Source of the DNA: a virus
Virus record (IMG/VR): IMGVR_UViG_3300021400_000071
Span: 1-42,847 of that record
DNA: 42,847 nt
Reading direction: 5' to 3' (one strand)
Shown here: piece after piece, positions 25,807 to 34,700 of the stretch
How positions within the stretch are numbered: position 1 is the first letter of the stretch
How the letters are laid out: every line of letters starts with the position of its first letter
Translations under genes and position numbers: made by a program
The notes under the pieces: generated by a model
Databases searched by the model: none
Seen by the model: only the letters and a program-made list of their open reading frames with translations
What the model was told of the DNA's origin: nothing

Positions 25807-25846
25807 AGGAGAGGGTTACCACTTGGTAGCCCTTTTTTGTTAGCAT
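25807..25846 (+). promoter_or_regulatory. Candidate late-operon promoter motif, copy 3 (overlaps a terminator-like hairpin)
   Basis: AGGAGAGGGTTACCACT-N17-TAGCAT. TTACCA at 25816-25821, 19 nt, TAGCAT at 25841-25846. GGGTTACC/GGTAGCCC plus T6 also forms a hairpin. Confidence 0.35.
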
Positions 25847-25882
25847 TTTAGGGAAGAACCAGACTATGGGAAAGGAGTTAGC

Positions 25883-26368
25883 ATGGCTGACTGGGCCAAG
25901 ATAAAAGCAGAGTATATCCGCGGCGGCATAAGCACCAGGAAACTCGCAGAGAAGCATGGGGTGAGCTATTCAACCCTGCGCAGACACTGTGAAAAAGAAA
26001 AGTGGGTGGTGCATGAGCGCAAGAGTAGCGCAAACAAGACGCAACGGATCGTGGACGCCTGCGCCACAAAAGAAGTCAAGAAGGCCATCAAAATATATGA
26101 GGCAGCTGACCTCGCAATACTGGCAATCACAGAAAAGCTGTCAAATTGGGACGAGCTGGACGCACAGGACATCCGAAGCCTCACCGGAGCATTGAAGGAC
26201 ATTGCTGCCGTCAAAGGCATTCAGACCGATGCTGAGCGCCGAGAACAGGAAGCCCGCATCGCCAAGCTGCGCCGGGAGGCCGAACGTGATCAGGAGCAGG
26301 AGGACAACGAGATTGTCTTCCGCATCACCGGCATGAGCGATAAGGAAGTACAGGGGGTTATCGGATGA
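25883..26368 (+). CDS. terS: Terminase small subunit
   Basis: WAKIKAEYIRGGISTRKLAEKHGVSYSTLRRHCEKEKW HTH. Directly upstream of TerL and ATGA-coupled to it. Confidence 0.7.
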   Translation: MADWAKIKAEYIRGGISTRKLAEKHGVSYSTLRRHCEKEKWVVHERKSSANKTQRIVDACATKEVKKAIKIYEAADLAILAITEKLSNWDELDAQDIRSLTGALKDIAAVKGIQTDAERREQEARIAKLRREAERDQEQEDNEIVFRITGMSDKEVQGVIG

Positions 26369-27804
26369 CAGAGATTGTGATGCCGGAACCAAATCCGAAA
26401 CAGAAGCAGTTCATGCTGGCAAAGCAGGATCATGTGGCCTACGGAGGAGCGAGAGGAGGCGGAAAGAGCTGGATCGCTCGATGGATGGCTGTGATCCTGG
26501 CACTGTCCTTTGCCGGAATAAAGATCCTCATTGTCCGTAAAACTCTGAAAGAGCTGAAGAACAACCATATCAATCCGCTGAAAAAGATCCTGCGAGTCGG
26601 CAGGAAGGATGCGCTAGCAAAGTATAACGCAGCAGATAAGGAATTCACATTCAAGAATGGATCTGTCATATCGTTTGGATACTGCAGAAACGAGGCGGAT
26701 CTTGACCAATATCAGGGAGCTGAGTATGACGTGATCTTCCTGGAAGAAGCATGCCAGCTGCAGGAGGAATGGATCAAGAAGATGGTGCTGATGATCCGTG
26801 AACCGAACGGGCTGCCAAAGCGAGTGTACTACACCTTGAACCCCGGCGGGCCCTCTCACGGATATTTCAAGCGGCTATTCATCGACCGGCATTTCGAAGA
26901 GGATGAGGATCCGAGCCGCTATGCATTTATCCAGGCGCTGCTGTCGGACAATGAGCCGCTGATGAAAGCAAAGCCGGAGTACAAGAGCGAGCTGATGAAC
27001 CTGCCGCCCAAGCTGAGAAAGGCATGGCTGTACGGAGACTGGGACGTCTTTGAGGGCCAGTTCTTTGAGGACTTCCGGATCGAGCCGGATGTGACGGCGG
27101 CCGTCGAGCACGGATGCGAGGATGACAGGGAGAAGCTGCGGGAGGATCACCGCTGGTGCCATGTGATCGATCCTTTTGATCTGAGCGTGGGCGAGGCCAG
27201 AGGCTGGAACATCTTCCGGAGTTATGACTTCGGTTACGGGAAACCCTTCTCCTGCGCATGGTGGGCCGTGGACTATGACGGGGTAATGTACAGGATCCTG
27301 GAGCTGTACGGATGCACGGACACACCTAATGAGGGTGTTAAGTGGACGCCTGACCAGCAGTTCGCCGAGATCGCCAGAATCGAGCGGACACACCCATGGC
27401 TGAAGGGAAAGAAGATTGACGGCGTCGCGGATCCGGCCATCTGGGATGGCAGCCGTGGCGAGAGCATAGCAGAGACAGCCAGTAAGTACGGGCTGTTCTT
27501 TAGGCCGGGAGACAATGACAGGATCCCAGGCTGGATGCAGGTGCACTACCGCCTGCAATTTGATGAGCGGGGACTGGCCCGCATGTATATCTTTACCAAC
27601 TGCAAGGCATTTATCCGAACCATACCGCTGATGATGTACGACGAGCACAAGGTGGAAGACCTCGACACCAAGCTAGAGGATCACGTGGCGGATGAGACGC
27701 GGTATGCCTGCATGGACAGGCCGATCTCACCGATGCGCCCGGTGAAAGAGAAGCAGATATTTTACGATCCGCTGGATCAATTCAAGGACAAGAAAAGGAG
27801 ATAA
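26365..27804 (+). CDS. terL: Terminase large subunit
   Basis: Walker A AYGGARGGGKSW, Walker B-like VIFLEEA, and a C-terminal nuclease-type region. Confidence 0.9.
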   Translation: MTEIVMPEPNPKQKQFMLAKQDHVAYGGARGGGKSWIARWMAVILALSFAGIKILIVRKTLKELKNNHINPLKKILRVGRKDALAKYNAADKEFTFKNGSVISFGYCRNEADLDQYQGAEYDVIFLEEACQLQEEWIKKMVLMIREPNGLPKRVYYTLNPGGPSHGYFKRLFIDRHFEEDEDPSRYAFIQALLSDNEPLMKAKPEYKSELMNLPPKLRKAWLYGDWDVFEGQFFEDFRIEPDVTAAVEHGCEDDREKLREDHRWCHVIDPFDLSVGEARGWNIFRSYDFGYGKPFSCAWWAVDYDGVMYRILELYGCTDTPNEGVKWTPDQQFAEIARIERTHPWLKGKKIDGVADPAIWDGSRGESIAETASKYGLFFRPGDNDRIPGWMQVHYRLQFDERGLARMYIFTNCKAFIRTIPLMMYDEHKVEDLDTKLEDHVADETRYACMDRPISPMRPVKEKQIFYDPLDQFKDKKRR

Positions 27805-27807
27805 CGC

Positions 27808-29823
27808 ATGGACGAATACACAAGGCTGCCCATGCAGCAGGGCGGCTTAGACCAGCCTGCTGACCGTGGAATGCCTATACAGCAGGAGCAGAGCGATCAG
27901 ACACCACTGCGAGCGATGCGGAATATGCAGCACGTGCAGCCGGTGGACAGTGAGCAGTGCAGGAAATGGAACGAGCTGCTGAGCCGGTACAAGAGCGGCA
28001 AGACAAAGCTGGAGAAGCGGCTCCAGGATGCGGAGAAATGGTGGCAGCAGCGCAATGAGTTTGCTGAGGACCCGAACACAGACTACGGAGATCTGAAGAA
28101 GGGCTTCCGCTCACGGAGCGCATGGCTGTTCAACGTGCTGGCAAGCAAGCATGCAGACTACCATGAGGCATATCCGACGCTGAACTTCCTTGCACGGGCG
28201 GAGGATGACAAGGCCGAGGCCAAGATGCTGAGCAAGATTGTGCCTGTCGTCTTGAAACAGAACAACTTTGAGGAGACCTATGACATGGCGGGCTGGCAGA
28301 AGATCAAGACCGGCACCGGCGTTTACAAGGTGGTATGGGATCAGAACAAGCTGCACGGGCTGGGGGATATCTCCATCCTGAGACGCAGCCTGCTGAATCT
28401 GTTCTGGGAGCCGGGCATCACGGACATACAGGATAGCAAATGCTTCTTTGACGTGGAGCTGGTTGACATCGAGCAGCTCCAGGATGACTATCCGGATCTG
28501 GACGTGCGGCAGCTTCGGAACGGAGGCATTGAGCCGACAAAGATCCCGACGGAGGACAACGTGCCGACGGATGACAAGGTAGCACTGATCGACGTGTACT
28601 ACAAGCGGAGAGGCAAGCTGCATTACTGCAAGTACGTGGGCGAGACCGTTCTGTACGCCACAGAGAACGACAATGAGGTATTCAAGACCGACAGAGATCC
28701 GATGACCGGCACAATTTCTGCAGTCCACACCAGAGCGGCTGACGGGCTTTATGACCATGGCCTGTATCCTTATGAGTTTGATGTTCTGTATCCGCTGGAG
28801 GAATCCCCGGTGGGCTTCGGCTATATCGACGTGGCTGCCAACGCCATGACACGCATTGACCTGATGAATCAGAGCTTCATGGCAAACGTGATGGCGAATG
28901 CGAAGCCGAGATACTTCAAACGCACGGACGGCGGGATCAATGAGGCGGAATTCCTCGACACGAACAAATCCATCGTGCACGTCAACGGCCAGATCGACGA
29001 GCAGGAGCTGCGGCCTATCGAAGGAAAACCGCTGACAGGTGATCAGCTTTCCGTGCTGAACAGCACCATCCAGGAGATGAGAGAGACCACCGGCAACACC
29101 GAAGCAGGCAACGGCATCAAGCAGTCCGGCGTGACCGCAGCGAGCGCCTATGCAGCCCTGCAGGAGGCTTCCGGAAAGACAAGCCGTGACAGCACACTCA
29201 CTTCCTACCGGGCTGTAGCAAAGATCGGCTACATGGTATGCGAGCTGATCCGGCAGCACTATGACCTGCCGAGGCAGTTCCGGATCACCGGCGACATGGG
29301 GCAGGATATGTACGTTGCCTTTGACAACACCGGCATGCAGCCGCAGTGGCAGGGCATGATCGGCGGAGTGAATATGGGCTACCGGGTTCCGGAGTATGAC
29401 ATTGACGTCGTACCGGAAAAGAACACCAGCTATACCAAGATGGCACAGAACGAGCTGGCGCTGCAGCTGTACAGCGCGGCATTCTTCCGGCCTGACAATG
29501 CAGACCAGAGCCTAGCCTGCCTCAGCATCATGGACTTCGACAGCAAGGAGCAGGTGGAGCAGAAGGTAGCACAGAACGGAACCCTGTTCACGCAGCTGCG
29601 GCAGTGGCAGCAGCTTGCACTGCAGCTGGCGGCACGCTATGAGCCGGGCATGGTGCAGGGCCTCAGCCAGGCGATCACCGGAGACACAGGAGCAGCCATG
29701 CCGACGGGCGGTAGCGTGGAGCCCGTGAAGGTGAACACAGGAGAGCCACAGGAGGCTACCATCGTACAGAATGCCCGTGAGAGAGCAGCCACATCGGCAC
29801 AGCCGGGAGGGAGCACAAAATGA
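27808..29823 (+). CDS. Portal protein
   Basis: 671 aa, directly after TerL. Call rests on size and position. Confidence 0.7.
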   Translation: MDEYTRLPMQQGGLDQPADRGMPIQQEQSDQTPLRAMRNMQHVQPVDSEQCRKWNELLSRYKSGKTKLEKRLQDAEKWWQQRNEFAEDPNTDYGDLKKGFRSRSAWLFNVLASKHADYHEAYPTLNFLARAEDDKAEAKMLSKIVPVVLKQNNFEETYDMAGWQKIKTGTGVYKVVWDQNKLHGLGDISILRRSLLNLFWEPGITDIQDSKCFFDVELVDIEQLQDDYPDLDVRQLRNGGIEPTKIPTEDNVPTDDKVALIDVYYKRRGKLHYCKYVGETVLYATENDNEVFKTDRDPMTGTISAVHTRAADGLYDHGLYPYEFDVLYPLEESPVGFGYIDVAANAMTRIDLMNQSFMANVMANAKPRYFKRTDGGINEAEFLDTNKSIVHVNGQIDEQELRPIEGKPLTGDQLSVLNSTIQEMRETTGNTEAGNGIKQSGVTAASAYAALQEASGKTSRDSTLTSYRAVAKIGYMVCELIRQHYDLPRQFRITGDMGQDMYVAFDNTGMQPQWQGMIGGVNMGYRVPEYDIDVVPEKNTSYTKMAQNELALQLYSAAFFRPDNADQSLACLSIMDFDSKEQVEQKVAQNGTLFTQLRQWQQLALQLAARYEPGMVQGLSQAITGDTGAAMPTGGSVEPVKVNTGEPQEATIVQNARERAATSAQPGGSTK

Positions 29824-30158
29824 CAAAGGTGCATTACTATCCGAAGACCCTTGACCTGATTGTGAAGGGCCATGCCGGACAGGCTGAGAAGGGCGAAGAC
29901 CTTGTATGTGCTGCCTGCAGCACACTGGCAAATACCTTGGAGGCTGTCTTCCAGATCCAGAAGGACATGCACGGTGTGGTGGTGCGGAACGAGAAGACCG
30001 CACAGTTTCACGCATTCATCCACAGGAACGAGTGCCAGCTGATGGCACAGGCTTTTGTAGTGATGGAGACCATAGCAACCGGATATGCAGCACTGGCGGA
30101 GCAGTTTCCGGATTACGTGGAATTTGATGTTATCACGGAGGAAGGAGAGGTAGAATGA
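29820..30158 (+). CDS. prp: Prp-like cysteine protease (ribosomal-processing protease family)
   Basis: 112 aa. GHAG...GEDLVCAACS places His and Cys in the pattern of the Prp catalytic dyad. ATGA-coupled to the portal gene. Confidence 0.7.
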   Translation: MTKVHYYPKTLDLIVKGHAGQAEKGEDLVCAACSTLANTLEAVFQIQKDMHGVVVRNEKTAQFHAFIHRNECQLMAQAFVVMETIATGYAALAEQFPDYVEFDVITEEGEVE

Positions 30159-31759
30159 TCTATTACGACATAAACGGATTACCCTTCAACGAGAAGGGCA
30201 ACCTGGTGATATCTGCCGGGACGGCAGGCAACCGGCAAATCGCAACACCGGCAGACTATGCCAACCTGTCCACCCCACCTGCATACATCCCGGACACAAA
30301 CACCATCGTCCGGAATACGCAGCGAAGCAGCGCCTTTGACGGTGTCGAGACCACACTGGGCGGCGTGCCGATCACGCAGGGAGCAACCCCAACGGGGGCA
30401 GGATCAGGAGCAGGCAGCGCATCGAGCAGCTACAGCAGAACAACCAGATCCACAGGCAGCTACACCGGCAGCGGGCAGAAGCCTGCACCCTATGAGAGCA
30501 ATGTGCAGATGCCTGGACCCTATGACGGATCCAAATACTATGAGAACGTGGGCACGCCGGAGAGCAATGCACCGGACTATTCCCTCAACTACATGATGGG
30601 GCCGGTGGGGCAGGCATACAGCGACGCCATGCAGCGCATCGCAGCAGATCTGGGCGAGAGACCAACCTACAACAACCAGTACGACCAGATGCTGAATGAT
30701 GCCTATCAGAACATCGTGAACCGTGATCCCTTCAGCTGGAGTGCGGAGGATGATCCCTTCTATCAGGACTATGCGACCCGCTACACGCAGCTGGGGCAGC
30801 AGGCCATGCGTGACACCATGGGACAGGCTGCAGCCCTCACAGGCGGCTACGGCAACACCTATGCTCAGTTTGCGGGACAGGGAGCCTACAACCAGTACAT
30901 GGCAGCACTGGCGGACAAGCAGATCGAGCTGGAGAACAGGGCCTACCAGAGATACCAGGATGCAGGCGATGAGCTCTACAGACAGTACAGCATGCTGGGA
31001 GATCTGAGAGACACCGAGTATGGGCGCTACCGTGATGCCGTGAGCGATTACAACTACAACCTCGCACTGATGCAGGCACAGGAGGCGGAGGACTATGAGA
31101 GAGCCGTCTACAACAATAACCTGCGGATCCAGGCGGAGCAAGAGGGCTACGGCAGATACCGTGACGCTCTGAACGATGCCCGCTACCAGGATGAGATCGG
31201 ATATGGCCGTTACCGTGACGAGGTGGCAGATGCCCGCTATGCAGACGAGCTGGGCTACAGCCGGTACAGAGATGCGCTGAGCGATTATCGGTATGACGAT
31301 GAGACCGCATACGGCAGATGGAGAGACGCCGTGAGCGATGAGCGGTATGAGGATGAGCTGGCATATCAGCGTTACCGTGATTCCGTGGGCGATAGCCAGT
31401 GGGAGCAGGAATTCGGCCTGAAGCAGTACAACACCTACAACTCCGGAAGTGGATCCAGTGGTAGATCTTCCGGCGGTGGAAGCAGATCTTCCGGTGGCGG
31501 TGGAGGCGGTGACGTCTTTATCGGCGGCCCGCTTGACGGACAGAGCGCCGGATCCGGAGATGCGCTGACACTGAGCGAGGTGGAGAGCACACTTGCAAAC
31601 GCAAAGCACAGCGGGCAGGTGGAAGACCTTGTAAGATCTGCACAGGCAGATCTCGATGCAGGCATGGCGAACTTTACGCAGGCGCAGCTCGATGCGCTAC
31701 TAAGCAAATACAGATATGACACAATGGCAAGAAGGAATGTATCTTCCTATCAGAAGTAA
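30155..31759 (+). CDS. Head-module protein with 18-aa tandem repeats and Gly/Ser linkers
   Basis: 534 aa. Five clean repeats [GA]Y[GSQ]R[YW]RD[AES][LV]xDxRYxDE[ILT] at 31145..31414, with degenerate copies upstream. Confidence 0.6.
   Translation: MIYYDINGLPFNEKGNLVISAGTAGNRQIATPADYANLSTPPAYIPDTNTIVRNTQRSSAFDGVETTLGGVPITQGATPTGAGSGAGSASSSYSRTTRSTGSYTGSGQKPAPYESNVQMPGPYDGSKYYENVGTPESNAPDYSLNYMMGPVGQAYSDAMQRIAADLGERPTYNNQYDQMLNDAYQNIVNRDPFSWSAEDDPFYQDYATRYTQLGQQAMRDTMGQAAALTGGYGNTYAQFAGQGAYNQYMAALADKQIELENRAYQRYQDAGDELYRQYSMLGDLRDTEYGRYRDAVSDYNYNLALMQAQEAEDYERAVYNNNLRIQAEQEGYGRYRDALNDARYQDEIGYGRYRDEVADARYADELGYSRYRDALSDYRYDDETAYGRWRDAVSDERYEDELAYQRYRDSVGDSQWEQEFGLKQYNTYNSGSGSSGRSSGGGSRSSGGGGGGDVFIGGPLDGQSAGSGDALTLSEVESTLANAKHSGQVEDLVRSAQADLDAGMANFTQAQLDALLSKYRYDTMARRNVSSYQK
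31145..31414 (+). repeat. 5 x 54-nt in-frame tandem repeat
   Basis: Units start at 31145, 31199, 31253, 31307 and 31361. They are conserved at protein level and differ at synonymous sites. Confidence 0.8.
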
Positions 31760-31768
31760 GGAGGAGCT

Positions 31769-34700
31769 ATGGCAAACAAGACAAGCGCATTCAGAGAATC
31801 TGCGAAGAAAATAGGCATTTACCAGCCGAGATCAGTGGATGAAGCGAATGAGATGCTGAATGAGCTGAATACACGCTCACAAGGCATAACAAATTATCTG
31901 AATAGCGATAAAGAATCGTCCGTACAGGATCGGATTAAGTACCAGGATCAGATAACAGGCGCGAGGAGACAGCTTGATACTATATCGAAGCAGTATGGAA
32001 CCGATCTATCTGAGAACCAGAAATGGTACGATGAAGCAAATTCTGTCATGCAGGACAGGAAAAACGCCTACGTCCAGAGAGTTATGCAGACACAGGCGGA
32101 GAATAACTGGGGGCAGCCGGACAACCGGACAACTCTGCAGAAGGTAACGGACAAGCTGCTGGGCGTAGACCGCACCAAGGTGACCGGCGGAAAGACTGAC
32201 TGGGGAAAGCTGGCCGAAGGCGCAGCCGTCAAAGGAGCCAATCAGGCGAATGCCGGATTCTGGAGCGGCGTCGGGATCTTCAACGATATCGGGAAGAAGA
32301 TCACCAACAGCAAGGTGGGCAACTGGCTTTTCGGAGATCTGGCCGACGGGGCGAATGCGATAGCAACCACAACCATCAACGGGGCCATCGACACGATCAA
32401 CTCCATTTTTGGAACGAACTATGCCGGGATTAAGAACGGGCAGAGCGCTCTGGACTTCCTTGTTTCCGATGCACAGGCAGGCAAAGCAAATGCTGAAGCC
32501 AAGTATGAAAAGAATGCAAACACCAGCAGGGCCGCACAGATCATTGACCAGTTTGGCACTTCCACCGTGGCCGCTATCCCGATGGCCATCGAGGCGGCTA
32601 TCCTGGCACCGACGCAGGCAATGCAGGCGGCACAGGTAACTACCTCCGGGCTGTCCTACTTCTCCGGGATGCAGAATGCAAGAGGAGTAGAAGCTATCGG
32701 CATGATGGGAAGAGAAGGGCTGAACAAGCTGTTCAGGAACCCGCAGTTCTGGACTTCCTACCTGCAGGCTGCCGGTGACGGATATGAGAGTGCGAAAGAA
32801 GACGGCATGAACCAGGACGATGCTGCCGTCTATGCTCTTACCAACGGCTTTTTCAATGCCATGGTCGAAGTCGGCGGTGCAGATGAGGCACTGGGCGGCA
32901 TTCAGAACCTTCCGATGCGGCTGAGACAGGCAGCGGAGAGCGGTAACAAATCTGCCGTCGTGAACTGGTTTAAGGACTCCGTGCTCGGTGAAGCATGGGA
33001 AGAAGTGCAGCAGGGTGCAATCGAACGCGGGACTAAGTCCTTTTTCGGGCAGGACGTGCCGATCTTTTCTCTGGATCCGACGGATAACCGGGCAATCATC
33101 AACCCGTACACAGCCGGACAGGAATTCCTCGGCGGCGCTGTCGTCGGCGGCGTACTCGGAGGCGGGCAGGTAGCAGCGAATAGCGCAGTGCAGAGCGTTT
33201 CTGACAGCAGAACCTTCAATGGCGATGCCAGTGCTCTGATAAAGGCAGCAAAGAACTCGGCACAGGAAGCCGATCAGGCCAGCATTGCGCAGATTGAAAG
33301 CGCTATGGCAGCACGTAAGGGCAGAACCATAACGATGGGCGAGGCACGCACGCTGCAGGAGATCGCCTCCCGCACGGGCAACATGCACGCCTACGTCCAG
33401 AACATTCTGCAGGCAGAGAATCAGCAGCGGGCCGATCAGCAGCGTGAGGCAACCCAGCAGAGCCGGGTACGCAGGTACCTGGAACGGGTGCGTGCCGGTG
33501 AGGTAGACCAGACTGGAACAGCAGACACCAAGGGCGCTACCATCCAGTACGAAGGGCGGCAGGCCAAGGTGGACTTTGTGCGTGACGGAGATCAGAACCG
33601 GGTGCGGCTGACCTTTGATGACGGAACGGAGCGCACGGTGAGCTACCAGGAGGCAGCTGATGCGGGCCTCGACGAGAACGTGAGGAACCTGATGGTGGCA
33701 CTCTCCGCTATCGGGCCCAATGCACCGGCAGCCTACAGCGTGTATGAGAGCGATCAGGAAGTGGGCAGATACGCAGCGGCGATGGATGAGGCCATCAATC
33801 TCTATGCGGCACAGGGACAGGATGTCCGAAAGGCCGCAGCCGCTGCAAGGGAAAGCAATTCCCCGGCCATGATCACCTATCTGACAGACGCACAGCTGGA
33901 GCTTGCCCAGAGCCTGGGCAGCAAGATCTATGAGCAGAAGCAGACGCAGGTGAAGGAGGCCGGTGCCAAGCTTGCCGAGATCCGGCAGGCGGCACAGCAG
34001 GCCATGAGCGCACAGGATGTGACGGCGACCGAAGGACTGGCAGCAGTGAATGCAACCCTCACGGATGCACGGCAGCACCTGAAGAACGTACAGCAGGCAT
34101 ACAACGACACCATGGAATATCTCGACGAGATGGCCGCCAACGGGCAGGAAGGAACCGAGGCATATCAGAATGCCCTTGAGCAGGCAAACGCGCTCAGAGA
34201 CGATCTGGACGGCACCCAGAAGGTAATTGAGGCACTGGAGGACGAACGGAAGAAACTGCAGGCCCGGCAGCCGATCAAGCGCAAGCAGGGCACGGTGAGC
34301 TTTGAGGGCGGCACCATCAACGGCGAGAAGGTGAACGGTGTTGACCGGAGCAAGCTTACCAGACAGCAGAAGAACGTGGTGGCCATGGTGGAAGCACTGG
34401 CCGACGCCGTGAATGTGGACTATGTCTTCTTTGACGGAGATGCCAAGGGCAACCAGGGCGCCTACGTGCAGGGCGGCACGGTGTACATCAACGTGAATGC
34501 CGGTATGGCAGCCAACAAGGCACTGGCAGCGGCCACACTGAGCCATGAGCTGACGCATTATATGCAGGAGTACGCACCGGAAGAGTATGAGCAGCTGAAG
34601 CAGTTCATCATCTCCAATGTGCTGCAGAAGGGCGAACTCGACCGGCTGGTGCAGCAGCAGCTCCGTCTGGAGCCGAACCTCAGCTATGACCAGGCACTGG

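Noticed and set aside
31441-31510. Repetitive AGATCTTCCGG[CT]GG segment.
   Set aside because: It simply encodes a Gly/Ser linker (SGRSSGGGSRSSGGGGGG). There are two short copies only and no independent DNA-level function is apparent.
34430-34480. The FFDGD peptide as an RNA-polymerase Mg-binding motif (N4 or crAss-like virion RNAP analogy for a ~3,500-aa packaged protein).
   Set aside because: The tetrapeptide sits in the beta-strand run just upstream of an HExxH helix, which is a zincin context. I could not find T7-like motifs A/B/C or a second barrel motif by eye. A profile search should still check this.
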